A DNA stretch of 64,000 nucleotides from contig CBDCJO010000002.1 in NCBI GenBank assembly GCA_965217865.1, forward strand, positions 2,752,001 to 2,816,000, given 5' to 3'. The DNA is from Candidatus Latescibacterota bacterium (GTDB taxonomy: Bacteria; Latescibacterota; UBA2968; SICM01). The notes under the pieces are model-generated. The model had not been told where the DNA came from, did not search any database, and was given only the letters and a program-made list of their open reading frames with translations. Positions 8,851-19,992 of the stretch are shown here, in pieces; positions within the stretch are counted from its first letter, which is position 1; each line of letters begins with the position of its first letter. Both the position numbers and the translations under genes were made by a program.

Positions 8851-11211
8851 TTACGGAGCCCCACCCAGATCGGAAATCCGTTCCCTCGCTCTCTGTCTTA
8901 ATCCTTCGTCCGATCCCTGATGGATACAATCCAAGAATGCTTCAATGGCGCCAGCTGTATCCCCGATGGCGGCCAAGGCTCCGCCCAGATTAAAACTGGC
9001 ATCCGGGTAATCAGGTCGGCCTTGGAGCGCCCGGCGAATCTCCACGATCGAACCTTCGATGTCGCCTTTGTACTTCAGTCCGATCCCGAGGTTGTTATGG
9101 GCCTCGGGGTAGCCCGGTTTTATCCTGAGAGCTTCCTGCCACTCACCGATGGCGTTGTCCAGATCTCCTTTTACATACAGAGCGATGCCGAGGTTGTTAT
9201 GGGCTTCCGGGAGATCGGGTTTTATCGCGATGGCCTGTCTGTAGGCATGGATCGCACCATCCAGTTCACCCCTTTCTTTCAAAACCACCCCGAGATTGTT
9301 ATAGGCCTCAAAAAATTCGGGTTTCAATCGTATCGCCTCTCGATGCGCCTTAACGCCTTCATCGAGTTTACCCAACTTGGAAAGGGCGACCCCCCGATTG
9401 TTGTGTGCTTCTGCATAGTCTGGAAAAATCGATAATGCATCTTGACCATAAGAGAGGGCCTCCTCCAGTCGGCCCTGCCGGACATAGATCGAGGAGACGC
9501 CATTCAGGGCTCGCCAGTCGTGGGGCTTGTAAACCAGGGCCTTACGGTAGGCATTTTCGGCCTGGGAAATCCGATTCAATTTCTCCAGAGCATGGCCTTT
9601 GTAAATTAGGATATGCGGCCTGAAGGTTCCGAATGCGAGCGCCCGATTTGCCTCTGCCAACACATCGGACCAGGATCCCTTGTGTGACCAGAAAATACTG
9701 CGGAGGTAGTGTCGGTCAAACCCTATCTGCTGCAACGTCATGTGGATTGCCAGCAGGGGGACCGCCATGGAGAGATAAAGGCCGATGCGACCGACAATCC
9801 GGGAGCTTACCGGGGGATTGTTCTGATCGGTTCTACCGGCAATCACCCCGAACAACAGGTAGGGGTACATGGCGGTATGAGGCTGTTCCTTTGGGAAGCC
9901 GAAGAAGGCCGTTCCCAAGTACGATAACAGAGAAAGGGCGAACATCAGCGCTATGACCCGTGAAAACGGCTCAGGGCTTCGGGACATCACCCCGAGTCGT
10001 CGGAATGCCGTAAAAAGCAACCAGAGATAAACACTCAACCCAAGGAGCCCCAGTTCGGAGGCGATCCAGAGATAGTCGTTGTGTGGTCTATGAAAAGAGT
10101 TCACTGCATTTATCGTTGCGCCCTGGTCGTAGGGAGGATACATTCGCTTCCATCCCCCTGGACCGACCCCCAGTAAAGGGTGATCCACGACCATGCGGAG
10201 GGTAATGCCCCATATCGCGAGCCGTCCCTCCCGAGATTGGTCATAGGGACCATCTTGATCTCCGGTGAAAATGGAAGAGGCGGTTGTGACGAATTCCGCC
10301 TTAGATTCAGAGAGACCAATCGAAGGAGGGAGCGCGGCCATCGCGACAAAAAGGAGAAAGAGTACCACCCCAAGGCCAATTTTTCTTCGATCCAGAGTCG
10401 AACGGGCGATCTCCATTAACGACTGCCGCCATTTTGGGGTGACCATCGGGGCAATCACAAATAGAAGGACAACCGCAGCGCTTATCCAGGAAGACCGTGC
10501 GCGGGTATAGACGAGGAAGACCGCCATAAGTGTGATGGAAATACCTGATACGATAAGTATGGCAAGACGTTTCCCGGTCAAAAAAAGAAGCCCAGCCAGA
10601 GGAATGACGCAGATGATGAACTCGGCGGCCAGGTTCCGATTGATCAATGTGGCGCTTGGCATGGCCCGGGAAGGCACGTCGAGAAATGCGAGGCCGTGGT
10701 ATTGAAGGACGCCGATGATGGACACAACCAGCGCGGTCGCTGTCGCGCTCCAAAGGATCGCCCGCAGACTCGAGAAAGGGAAGGCATTAGCCGCAACAAA
10801 GATCAATACGACAAGGGACACCTGGTTAACCAGTTCTACGATAGTGTTTAGAGAATGGGTGGTGGCCGGCGCCGAAAGCAAGCCGGTTCCGATCAAACAG
10901 ATCGCAGGGACGAAAAGGGGGGATGAGATGAGATGAGTTTCCTTGCCCCATCGGGTCTGTAATAACCAACCCAGTGAGGACAGCGCGAGGCATACTTGGA
11001 GGGCCAAGAATTTGGGAAGGAGCCCAACTTTGAATATCCCGGGATAATAGACCAGGGGAACAGAAATGACCATCAGACAAAGGCCGATTAGAACGAGGCG
11101 ACCCCCTTGTGAACACGGGAAGGAAGCCGACTGGGAAAAGGATCCGGAAATCGGTTCTACTGGACGATGTCGATCCCCTTTGCCGAAGATGGCCTTTATA
11201 TCCATGATCAT
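8851..11211 (-). CDS. O-antigen ligase/O-oligosaccharyltransferase-like protein with C-terminal TPR repeats
   Basis: Multiple TM helices, YTRARSSW, HPLLGVGPGGW, PHNDYL, then repeated AHNNLG TPR units. Confidence 0.9.
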   Translation of the reverse strand: MIMDIKAIFGKGDRHRPVEPISGSFSQSASFPCSQGGRLVLIGLCLMVISVPLVYYPGIFKVGLLPKFLALQVCLALSSLGWLLQTRWGKETHLISSPLFVPAICLIGTGLLSAPATTHSLNTIVELVNQVSLVVLIFVAANAFPFSSLRAILWSATATALVVSIIGVLQYHGLAFLDVPSRAMPSATLINRNLAAEFIICVIPLAGLLFLTGKRLAILIVSGISITLMAVFLVYTRARSSWISAAVVLLFVIAPMVTPKWRQSLMEIARSTLDRRKIGLGVVLFLLFVAMAALPPSIGLSESKAEFVTTASSIFTGDQDGPYDQSREGRLAIWGITLRMVVDHPLLGVGPGGWKRMYPPYDQGATINAVNSFHRPHNDYLWIASELGLLGLSVYLWLLFTAFRRLGVMSRSPEPFSRVIALMFALSLLSYLGTAFFGFPKEQPHTAMYPYLLFGVIAGRTDQNNPPVSSRIVGRIGLYLSMAVPLLAIHMTLQQIGFDRHYLRSIFWSHKGSWSDVLAEANRALAFGTFRPHILIYKGHALEKLNRISQAENAYRKALVYKPHDWRALNGVSSIYVRQGRLEEALSYGQDALSIFPDYAEAHNNRGVALSKLGKLDEGVKAHREAIRLKPEFFEAYNNLGVVLKERGELDGAIHAYRQAIAIKPDLPEAHNNLGIALYVKGDLDNAIGEWQEALRIKPGYPEAHNNLGIGLKYKGDIEGSIVEIRRALQGRPDYPDASFNLGGALAAIGDTAGAIEAFLDCIHQGSDEGLRQRARERISDLGGAP

Positions 11212-11500
11212 TGTTGAACTAAAAACAATGTTGAACCGTCCGCCTTCCGGACGATGCGACGGAAAACCGTCCCCACGACTTAGGTGTGGACACCTTCGGT
11301 TCTGGTTCTAACGCCTTTTGATTATTTATCCCAAAAGGGTATATTAATCGAGGAATCGCCCTTCAAGGAATTTCGTTTGATGAACCACGACATCCCCAAA
11401 ATTCTTCCCCGGTTGATCTTCATGAATTTGTCGTTCGAAACCTCCCCTGCTCTGGGATGATCAATCATGCACACGGGCAACTCATGTCGTGGAGGTTTAG

Positions 11501-12133
11501 GTGGCCAAAAAATTTAAGATCCCGTTATTCCCGTTAAAAGTCGTCCTGTTTCCGGACATGGTCATCCCGCTCCACATCTTCGAGGAGCGCTACAAACTGA
11601 TGATCAACGAATGTCTCGACCAAGAATCCGAGTTCGGGATTGCGCGGGGGACGGATGAACATTTTGAGGGGATCGGATGCGCGGCGTACGTAAAAAAAGT
11701 GCTCGAAAGATACCCCGACGGGAGGCTGAACATCTTGGCTAAAGGCACCCGGCGCTTCCGGATCGCCGAGGGACTCACGGAATCGTCTCTTCCGACACAC
11801 GAAAAACCCTATCGGGTGGCCATCGTTGAGACTCTCGAAGATAAAGACCACGAAGCCGATCCTGCGGTTTTCGAACGGGTCTCCAGTCTGTATCGTGAAG
11901 CCATGCACCTGGCACTGGGATGGATCCATTCCGAGTCCATCAAACCGAATCCAGAGCGCCTCTCCTTTCAAGTTGCCACGAACTTGTCGATGGCCCTCGA
12001 TGAAAAACAGGCCATCCTGGAGATGCGATCCGAAAAAACCCGTCTCCATCGGCTTGCCGAAATTCTAGAAAAATCTCTCTCCGGAATCCGCGAGATGAAG
12101 CGAAGGATCGGGGGAAACGGTCACCTGGCTTGA
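11501..12133 (+). CDS. Lon N-terminal substrate-binding-domain protein (no ATPase or protease domain)
   Basis: IPLFPLKVVLFP...PLHIFEERYKLMI...G.RRFRI...EKQAILE. Confidence 0.9.
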   Translation: MAKKFKIPLFPLKVVLFPDMVIPLHIFEERYKLMINECLDQESEFGIARGTDEHFEGIGCAAYVKKVLERYPDGRLNILAKGTRRFRIAEGLTESSLPTHEKPYRVAIVETLEDKDHEADPAVFERVSSLYREAMHLALGWIHSESIKPNPERLSFQVATNLSMALDEKQAILEMRSEKTRLHRLAEILEKSLSGIREMKRRIGGNGHLA

Positions 12134-12154
12134 ACGAGACTGAAAATTACTCTT

Positions 12155-12712
12155 ATGGATCGAATCGAAGCCTGGTCCCTGTTGAATGAATATACGAAAG
12201 GAGAGGGATTGAAAAAACACGCCCTTTCGGTTGAGTCGGCCTTGAGGGCTTATGCCCGTCATTTCGGTGAAGACGAAGAGGTATGGGGATTGACAGGCTT
12301 GATTCACGACTTTGATTATGAACGTTGGCCGGACCCACCCGACCATCCCTTAAAGGGAACCGAAATCCTTCGATCGAAGGGCTGTCCTGAGGAAATCATC
12401 TACGCCATACAATCACACGCAAAATATTTGGGCCTTCCGCGGAAGACCCTCCTTGATAAGTCTCTCTTTTCCGTCGATGAACTCACCGGCATGATTACTG
12501 CGACGGTGTTGGTTCAACCCTCCCGGAGTTTGTCAGATCTCAAATCGGGATCGGTGTTGAAGAAAATGAAGAACAAAGGCTTTGCGCGATCCGTAAATCG
12601 AGAGGACATCGTGCAGGGAGCCGCCGATCTGGGGGTGGAACTGGAAGCCCACATAGATTTCGTCATTGATTCCATGCGGGGGATTGCCCCACAGTTGGGT
12701 TTTGAGTCATAA
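12155..12712 (+). CDS. HD/HDIG-domain phosphohydrolase
   Basis: KHALSVE...GLIHDFDYE...AIQSHA...DELTG...KKMKNKGFARSVNREDI. Confidence 0.9.
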   Translation: MDRIEAWSLLNEYTKGEGLKKHALSVESALRAYARHFGEDEEVWGLTGLIHDFDYERWPDPPDHPLKGTEILRSKGCPEEIIYAIQSHAKYLGLPRKTLLDKSLFSVDELTGMITATVLVQPSRSLSDLKSGSVLKKMKNKGFARSVNREDIVQGAADLGVELEAHIDFVIDSMRGIAPQLGFES

Positions 12713-12932
12713 AATCAAATTGACTTATCTCGACACCTTTCTTATAATTTTTTTTGTGGAATGCCCGGTGAGACAATCGAAAAAAGATCCCATAAAGAAC
12801 ATCCCTGAACGAACGGATTGGATCACCTTTCAGATCCATAAACCGGGACAAACCGCTGCGAAAGATGCGGTTTTTATTTTTTCGCACCCGGGACGATCCT
12901 TCACCCTGCTGTTAACCGCCGAGGATTAAAGG

Positions 12933-14379
12933 ATGCCTCTCGCGTTCAACCGTACCAGTCCCCTGATATTGGGAATTTTTGCGGTGCTCCTGGTCATCAC
13001 CTTTGCGCTGGGCCTCATCGTGGCGAGGACATCTTATTTCACAAGCATCGGGATCCTGGTAGGGATCATTGTATTTATCCTTTGTTTCGTCAGCACCGAG
13101 ATCGCCATCTATCTCCTGATCTTTGCGACACTCCTTTCACCTGAATTCGGGAGCAGAGAGACTCACGGTGGAGGCGTCACCCTGAGGGCGGAGGATTTTC
13201 TGCTTGTGCTCATCGGTTTTAGCCAACTCGCCCGTTCGGCCCCTTTACAAAGGCGTCGGGCTGTTCCGTTCCACGCCCTTGAACTATCCGATTATATGCT
13301 ACCTCCTTGCCACCATATTCTCCACCGGCCTCGGGATCATGTTCGGCCGGGTAAAGGGCTTGTCCGGCGCATTTTTCGTTCTTAAATACGCCGAATACTA
13401 TGTGGTCTACTTCATGGTGATCAACAACCTCCACACAAAGCAGCAGGCCAAGCAGTATATGGCGGCAATCCTGATCACCGCCGCAATCGTCTCCTTCGTT
13501 GCCATTGCCCAGATTCCGGCCGGCGGTCGAATCACGGCACCGTTTGAGGGTGATTCCGGAGAGCCCAACACCCTGGGCGGCTATCTCCTCTTGATCTTCG
13601 CCGTCGTCGCCTCCCTCTTTCTCAGCGCCCGTCCGCAGGACTCGATGAGGTATAAGTTTGTCCTCCTGGCGATGTGCGGACTGATTATCATCCCGATCCT
13701 GTTCACTCAGTCTCGTGCCACTTGGATGTCTTTCGTTCCCCTGTATATTGCCCTCCTGGTCCTGAGCCAGAGGCGGCTTGTCTTAATCGGCACCCTCATC
13801 GCTTTAGTGGTGATGGCCCCGTTTATCATGCCCGAAGCGGTAAAAAATCGGGTGGGGTATACCTTTTCGGAGGAGCAGGTAAGCCACGCCCGCAAACAGC
13901 AGGAAAAGATAGGGGGAATTACGTTCGACACCTCTTCTTCCGCCCGTCTGAAGATGTGGCGGGCCGTGTTCAAGGATTTTCCAAAACACCCGATCTTTGG
14001 CTACGGCATCACGGGGTGGCGATTTATCGACGCGCAGTACTTCCGGACTTTGATGGAGACGGGGCTTGTGGGTTTGACGGCTTTCCTTTACCTGCTCTGG
14101 GCGATTTTTCGGGAGACATGGCGGGTCTATAAGTCTGCACAGGACCACTTCTTGCGGAATGTGGCCATGGGATTCCTCGTCGGCTTCATCGCCATGACGT
14201 TCCACGCAGTCACGGCCAATACCTTCATCATCGTCCGGATCATGGAACCCTTCTGGCTGTTGGCCGGTATCGTGATTGTGACGCCCGAACTCGAAGCGGA
14301 AGAGGCAGCTCTGGAGCAGGAACCCGAGGCTGAGGCGAAACCCGTTCCCCTTCCCCGCCGGATGATGCCCGCCCGTTAA
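12933..14379 (+). pseudogene. O-antigen ligase/polymerase family protein, +1 frameshift in a C-run near 13240
   Basis: Two overlapping hydrophobic ORFs. Removing one C from GCCCC joins RSA to LYKGVGLF. EPNTLGGY, TQSRATW and HPIFGYG motifs present. Probably a sequencing error. Confidence 0.8.
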
Positions 14380-14400
14380 AGGAAGATAAGCCCACGAGAT

Positions 14401-15648
14401 CTATTGGTAACGAATCGCCTCAACCGGTTCGAGAAGAGCGGCGCTTCGTGCCGGAAATCTGGCCAACAGGTAACAAATAACCACCGCTGCCGCGGAAATG
14501 GCAGCGAAATCAGCACCTTGCATTTCGACCGGGAGCGAGCTGATAATATAGACATCTCCGGGTAAGGAAATGAATCGATAGCGTTCCTGGACAAAGCAGA
14601 GGACAAATCCTATCAAATTCCCCAGGACGACCCCCGCCAGACCCACCGTCAGTCCGTTATATGTGAAGATCCGCTGAAGGCTCTTTTGAGTGGCCCCCAT
14701 GGCCTTCAGGATCCCAATCTCACGTCGCTTGTCCATCACAATCATCGACAGGATGCTCATGATATTGAACGAGGCCACCACGATGATCAGACTCAACGCC
14801 AGAAAACTAAACCACTTCTCAAGTCGAATCCAGGCAAACAGGTTGGTGTTTTCACTGATCCAGGAAGTGGCGTACAGACCCGCATCCAGCGTTCTTAAAC
14901 CCCTCCGGAGTGACCCTGCGACGGCGTTGGCCTCAAGGGGGTCGATGACATTCACCCGGATACCCGAAACTTCATCTCCCCACCCCAATATGCGTTGCGC
15001 GGCTTTGAGGGAGATGACGACCAGTCCAGAGTCGAACTCGTAGTAGCCTGTATTGAAAATCCCCGTCAACGTAAATCGCCTGTACCGGGGCATCGCGGGA
15101 CCGGAAAATGTCCACTCGGGGACCATCAAGAAGACCTCCTCTCCCTGTTCCACGCCCAGCTTGTTGGCCAGGTACCGACCAATAACCATCCCCCCCACCG
15201 GAAGCCCATCCACCATTCGATCTTCTAAATCCAACATGCCCCCGTCCACATTCGCTGCCAAATCACTCACTTCTCCGAAGGAATCCACATCCACACCCCG
15301 GATGACCACTCCTGTAAATCGCTGCTCCTTGACGAAAATTAAACCTTCGCTCCGAATGAATGGCGAAACCCCGGTCACCGCAGCGTCCACCAGCGGGAGA
15401 TTTTCCATCACCTCTCCGTAGTTAGAGATCCTCTCCACCCCGACATGACGAACCGTCACGTGTGCGTTTACGCCCAGGAGACGGTCCCGGACCACTCCTG
15501 CAAACCCGTTCATCACCGAAAGCACGATCACAAGGGCGGCCACGCCCAGGGCGACTCCCACCACGGCGATCCCCGCGGTGACTGATATTCTACCCCGCCG
15601 TCGCACTGAGCGAAGATAACGGCTGGCAATGAGTGTCTCGTAGCTCAT
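14401..15648 (-). CDS. Lipoprotein-releasing ABC transporter permease, LolC/E family
   Basis: IASRYLRS, LVIVLSVMNGF, DKRREIGILKAMGAT, PARSAALLEPVEAIRY. Confidence 0.9.
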   Translation of the reverse strand: MSYETLIASRYLRSVRRRGRISVTAGIAVVGVALGVAALVIVLSVMNGFAGVVRDRLLGVNAHVTVRHVGVERISNYGEVMENLPLVDAAVTGVSPFIRSEGLIFVKEQRFTGVVIRGVDVDSFGEVSDLAANVDGGMLDLEDRMVDGLPVGGMVIGRYLANKLGVEQGEEVFLMVPEWTFSGPAMPRYRRFTLTGIFNTGYYEFDSGLVVISLKAAQRILGWGDEVSGIRVNVIDPLEANAVAGSLRRGLRTLDAGLYATSWISENTNLFAWIRLEKWFSFLALSLIIVVASFNIMSILSMIVMDKRREIGILKAMGATQKSLQRIFTYNGLTVGLAGVVLGNLIGFVLCFVQERYRFISLPGDVYIISSLPVEMQGADFAAISAAAVVICYLLARFPARSAALLEPVEAIRYQ

Positions 15649-15678
15649 GAGATCAGGATTTGAAGGTCAACGGTCCGC

Positions 15679-16062
15679 TTAAGGTCTCGAATCGTGGTAA
15701 GTGTGAAAAATCACCGGCACACCCGCAGCACGGGCTGCAAGACGGCCAAGCACACCGGCCTTTGAAAGATGTGTATGGACAAGTTGGTACCCACCTTTCC
15801 GGATGATACGGAAAAGACGCCAAAAGGTCGTGAGGTCCTTCCCCGGATCGATTCCCCTCTGGAGACTCGGAATGATGTGGACCGGAATACCCACCGCTTC
15901 AGCCTGGTCAGCGATCCCCTCCTCAAAGGGTTCACCCCGCCCGCAGGCGATGGAGACCTCGTAGCGGTCGCGCCGAAGCCCCCCGGCGATGGCGAGCACG
16001 TTTTGGGGTGCACCCCCTACCACTAACCGCGTGATGACATGCAGGATTTTTATTCGACCCAG
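15679..16062 (-). pseudogene. Truncated GT4 glycosyltransferase (N-terminal domain only)
   Basis: KILHVITRLVVGGAPQN...VHTHLSKAGVLGRLAA...HTYH then an abrupt stop; the C-terminal Rossmann domain is absent. Confidence 0.8.
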
Positions 16063-16064
16063 GA

Positions 16065-17018
16065 TCAGAATCCTTTGAAGAATTGCTTGATGTATCGGTC
16101 CCCTACTTTCCGTCTTTCCTGCACGACTCGCCTTTTCCGGACGGTAAGTGGAAGCAAACGGATGAAATCCAGGACGTAGAGTGCAAGATAGGGGATCCGA
16201 AGCGGACGGTGCAGGAAAAGATAAGGCCAGGTCAGGGCCTCGGTAAGCAGGAGGGAGGGGAGAAGAAAGAGGAAGATACCTGGTGAGCAGTTTTTGGTTA
16301 GGGTCATGTAGCGGTTTTTAAGAACGTGACGCTGAAAAAAAGGTGGCTTGTCCCCCAGGGGAATCCTTCCCTCAAGCGAGGCGGAGCCTACGTGGTGAGC
16401 CATCGCCCCCGGCAGGTACAAACACTTCCACCCCTGGAGCTGGGCCCGCCAGGCGAGATCGATATCTTCCTGAAACGCGAAATAGGATTCATCAAAATAT
16501 TCATCAAGGACTTTAACGTCTTCCAGCATCTCACGTCGCTGGAGGACCACAGCGCCGCTTGCCCCAAAAACGAATTCCTCCTGGTCCACGTTCGTGCTGT
16601 TAGTAAGTGAGAGCCTTTTCCGAAGGTAGACCCCGACATTCATGATATCCCGCGTTTTATCGCGGAAGATCCGACCCGCCACTGTCCCTATCTTCTCGTC
16701 TCGCAGCATACCCCCTACTGCGGCCTTGATAAAATTCCGATCCAGAAAGACATCCGTGTTGAGGACCAAAACATAGACGCCTCTCGAGGCCTGGATCGCC
16801 TGGTTGTACGCCGCACCGAACCCGATGTTCGTCCGGTTTTTTATCAGCTTTGCGAGTCGATAATGCTCCTTGACGACCTCGGGGGATCCATCTGTGGATC
16901 CGTTGTCCACAACGATGACTTCAACCTTTGGATATGTCTGATCGAACACGTCATCGAGGCAACGACGGATATAGCGAATGCCGTTCCAGTTAGCGATGGT
17001 CACAGAGACGAGATCCAT
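16065..17018 (-). CDS. GT2 family glycosyltransferase
   Basis: VVDNGSTDGS, NIGFGAAYN, LNTD, FDESYFAFQEDIDLAWR. Confidence 0.92.
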   Translation of the reverse strand: MDLVSVTIANWNGIRYIRRCLDDVFDQTYPKVEVIVVDNGSTDGSPEVVKEHYRLAKLIKNRTNIGFGAAYNQAIQASRGVYVLVLNTDVFLDRNFIKAAVGGMLRDEKIGTVAGRIFRDKTRDIMNVGVYLRKRLSLTNSTNVDQEEFVFGASGAVVLQRREMLEDVKVLDEYFDESYFAFQEDIDLAWRAQLQGWKCLYLPGAMAHHVGSASLEGRIPLGDKPPFFQRHVLKNRYMTLTKNCSPGIFLFLLPSLLLTEALTWPYLFLHRPLRIPYLALYVLDFIRLLPLTVRKRRVVQERRKVGDRYIKQFFKGF

Positions 17019-17030
17019 GTCAGCGTCACC

Positions 17031-17792
17031 TTAGCGATTTTTATGCTCTATTCTCCGGACCTGGTCCCGGATTTTCGCCGCCCGCTCGAATTCCTCCTGT
17101 GCAATGGCCTCCTGCATCTCCAGATGGAGACGCTGTTTGAGCGTCAGGGGCCGATTCCGTCGCACTTCCTCACCCCATTGTTGCAGGAAATCGATCTCAT
17201 CGCTTGATTCGAGTTCTTCCACCCGACCCGACTTCTTGAGAAAAACTCTGATCTTCTCAATCCCCTCTTCGATCTGGTTCAAAGCCTTCTCATAGTTCTC
17301 TCGCGCGATACTTAACGCCCCTTTTGCCCGGGTGTTCATCATGATAACGTTGGGCCGGTACTCTTCCAACTGGACGCGGTCCTCCTCCGCCTGCGAGTAT
17401 CGATTCACGAAATCGAACAGCCTAAGGTTGCGAGCCGTGTCCCGCTCTACCCCTTGGTAATCCTCCAGCCGGAAAAGGCAAACGTAGCGGTGATAATATT
17501 GTAGACCTTCCTGTCCGAGACGTACTGAAGCCTCCCTGTCAAGGCTGAATCCTTCTTCCAATCCGTGTTTGGAACGATATTCAATCAATTCTGCTTCGTA
17601 ATAATCCAGCAAGGACTCTTTACCAAAAGGTCTCTGTCCGTCGGGCCGCCCCTCTTCCTCCATCTGTAACAGTCCCAGATCAAGGCGGACCTGTAGTTTG
17701 GACGTCCCATCTGAGCCCTTGATTTTCCGGGCGCAGATATCATTTGGATCGAATTCCCAACCCTGGATAATCGGACCAATATCCGAGTCCAT
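17031..17792 (-). CDS. UvrB/UvrC (UVR) motif-containing protein, paralog 2
   Basis: Colinear with 4565..5326 (GRPDGQRPFG, LQYYHR, EEFERAAKIRD). AAGGAG RBS lies before ATG 17792. Confidence 0.85.
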   Translation of the reverse strand: MDSDIGPIIQGWEFDPNDICARKIKGSDGTSKLQVRLDLGLLQMEEEGRPDGQRPFGKESLLDYYEAELIEYRSKHGLEEGFSLDREASVRLGQEGLQYYHRYVCLFRLEDYQGVERDTARNLRLFDFVNRYSQAEEDRVQLEEYRPNVIMMNTRAKGALSIARENYEKALNQIEEGIEKIRVFLKKSGRVEELESSDEIDFLQQWGEEVRRNRPLTLKQRLHLEMQEAIAQEEFERAAKIRDQVRRIEHKNR

Positions 17793-17951
17793 CGCTTTTT
17801 TCTCCTTACTCATCAAACAAAAAAACCGAACCCGGCAATTTGCGCCACCGGTTAAAGGTACCTCGAAAATATCATCAAAACAGAACCTGAAGTCAACAGC
17901 CGGCGGCAAACCACAGAGGGTTGTTCCAGGAAATTTGATCCAGATTATGCG

Positions 17952-19061
17952 CTAAGGTTCAAACGGATAATTAACCGTCCCCACGGGTAAGGGATCGGGA
18001 CGGTCGCAGGTGCTATTCAAGTCCACGTGGCGCCCCTCAAGGGAGGCATCTAAAAAGGAGTTCATGAGGTCCAGTACGTGATAGGCCATTTCGCCGCTTG
18101 CACGATGGGGCCGCCCCGACCTGAGAGCGTGAGCCATATCCGCAACACCCAGTCCCCTGCTTTGTTCCGTATAACCGTGGGTGAGGGGGACTTCCCGCCA
18201 TTCGTCATCCCCCGGCCGTCTGATCCGGACGGTGCCCCCAAAACCGTTCGGATCGGGAAGACTTAAAGAGCCCTCGCTTCCGTACACTTCGATATACGGA
18301 AGCCGAGCGCCCCAGACATCAAAGCTTGTTACGATGGACCCTATGGCACCGCTGGCAAAATCCAGGACCCCCGCCAGATGGGTCGGTGTATTGACCTGAA
18401 TCTTTGTTCCATACCTGGGTTGGCTGGTTATCGTCCGTTCGGGGAAGGATGCTCTGGCTGAACACGTGACCCTTCTAACAGGGCCCATCAACACGATGAG
18501 TGCGGTAAGATAGTATGGCCCCATATCGAACATCGGTCCCCCTCCGGGTTGATAGAAAAAATCAGGGTTCGAGTGCCACCTTTCGTGACCGTGGCACATC
18601 ATGAACGCATTTGCTGCGACAGGTTCGCCGATCCAACCATCGTCCACAAGTTTTCGACAGGTTTGGATCCCACCCCCCATGAAGGTGTCCGGCGCACAGC
18701 CAACGCGCAGGCCCTTTGTCCTTGCGATCTCCAACAACCTGCCGCCATCCTCCCTGGAAATCGCGAGGGGCTTTTCATTATATAGGCTTTTCCCTGCCTG
18801 CAGCGCCTCCAGACCTATTTCGCCGTGCGCGCCTGGAACCGTGAGGTTGATCACGATCTGGATCTCCGGGTCTGAGAGCAGCTCCTGGACGCTGCAAGCC
18901 CGCACGCCGAATGCCTCGGCCTTCGCCTCCGCCCTTTCCGCAATCAAGTCGGCGCATGCCTGGATGTCGAGGACATCAAAAGAACGCACCCCACGGAAAT
19001 AGAGATCGCTGATCGCACCACAGCCAATGATGCCGATCGTAACCGGGGTCGCCAATTTCAA
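17952..19061 (-). CDS. Gfo/Idh/MocA family oxidoreductase
   Basis: [34 protein letters not shown]. Confidence 0.92.
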   Translation of the reverse strand: MKLATPVTIGIIGCGAISDLYFRGVRSFDVLDIQACADLIAERAEAKAEAFGVRACSVQELLSDPEIQIVINLTVPGAHGEIGLEALQAGKSLYNEKPLAISREDGGRLLEIARTKGLRVGCAPDTFMGGGIQTCRKLVDDGWIGEPVAANAFMMCHGHERWHSNPDFFYQPGGGPMFDMGPYYLTALIVLMGPVRRVTCSARASFPERTITSQPRYGTKIQVNTPTHLAGVLDFASGAIGSIVTSFDVWGARLPYIEVYGSEGSLSLPDPNGFGGTVRIRRPGDDEWREVPLTHGYTEQSRGLGVADMAHALRSGRPHRASGEMAYHVLDLMNSFLDASLEGRHVDLNSTCDRPDPLPVGTVNYPFEP

Positions 19062-19130
19062 CTCCTTTCAAGAACCGTCGAAACCTGGGAGATCACGCTT
19101 CCCGTATCAATCAGAGATGGGAATAGACGA

Positions 19131-19988
19131 TCAATACAAGGCTCGATACAACCTCTTCTGGTAGTCCCTTACGAGCTCATGATTTTGGCTAAGCAGGTTA
19201 AAAACTGAGACCATGGCATCCTTGACCGCACCGTCCATGAAGTCCTTCTTCTTCTCAACGATGCCCAACCATTCCTGCAAGGCAGCGGCATAGTCCTCCT
19301 CCGCGGCACAACAGACACCGAGGTCAAACCGCGCTCTCAGATCGTCCGGATTCGCGGCCACACGATTCTTGCAGGCCTCGAGGCCACCTGTCGCCCTGCA
19401 GGATTCGATAAATTGGACCTGGGCCAAAAGAGCCTTTGCGCGGTCAAAATAGGGACCGCCTTCCTGGATCCTCCCGGCAAACTCCCGGACCGAACCGAGT
19501 TCTCCCTCGTCAAGACGGGTTCGGGCAAGGCTCAACAGGACCCTTTCATCCCCGGGTCTGTTCGTTAGGACCCGTTCATATATCGCCGTGGCGCCATCCA
19601 GATCTCCCTGTTTAACGAGGGTGTCGGCCTGTTTCACCAGGTCGTCGTTTTCGTCTGGCACAAAGGATTCAAGAATTGACTCGACTTCAGATCGGGGCAA
19701 GGCGCCCACGAATTCCCCGACGATCTCCCCATCCCTGAAGATCTTCACGGCCGGAATGCCTCTAACCTGATACGAGGCCGAAAGTTCGGGATCCTGGTCC
19801 ACGTTCACCTTCGCCAACGATACCCTCTCACCAAGAGAGGTCACGACCTCCTCCAGAATCGGTCCCAGGCTCAGGCAGGGGCCGCACCATTCTGCCCAGA
19901 AGTCAACCACGACGGTTCTTTCGAAAGAAGCATCGATAACCTTCTGGTCGAAGTCGTCCTGTCCTGTTTCGAAGATTCGATCTGACAC
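19131..19988 (-). CDS. Thioredoxin-TPR chaperedoxin (CnoX/YbbN-like)
   Basis: VVVDFWAEWCGPC thioredoxin domain followed by TPR helices. Confidence 0.88.
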   Translation of the reverse strand: MSDRIFETGQDDFDQKVIDASFERTVVVDFWAEWCGPCLSLGPILEEVVTSLGERVSLAKVNVDQDPELSASYQVRGIPAVKIFRDGEIVGEFVGALPRSEVESILESFVPDENDDLVKQADTLVKQGDLDGATAIYERVLTNRPGDERVLLSLARTRLDEGELGSVREFAGRIQEGGPYFDRAKALLAQVQFIESCRATGGLEACKNRVAANPDDLRARFDLGVCCAAEEDYAAALQEWLGIVEKKKDFMDGAVKDAMVSVFNLLSQNHELVRDYQKRLYRALY

Positions 19989-19992
19989 AGGC

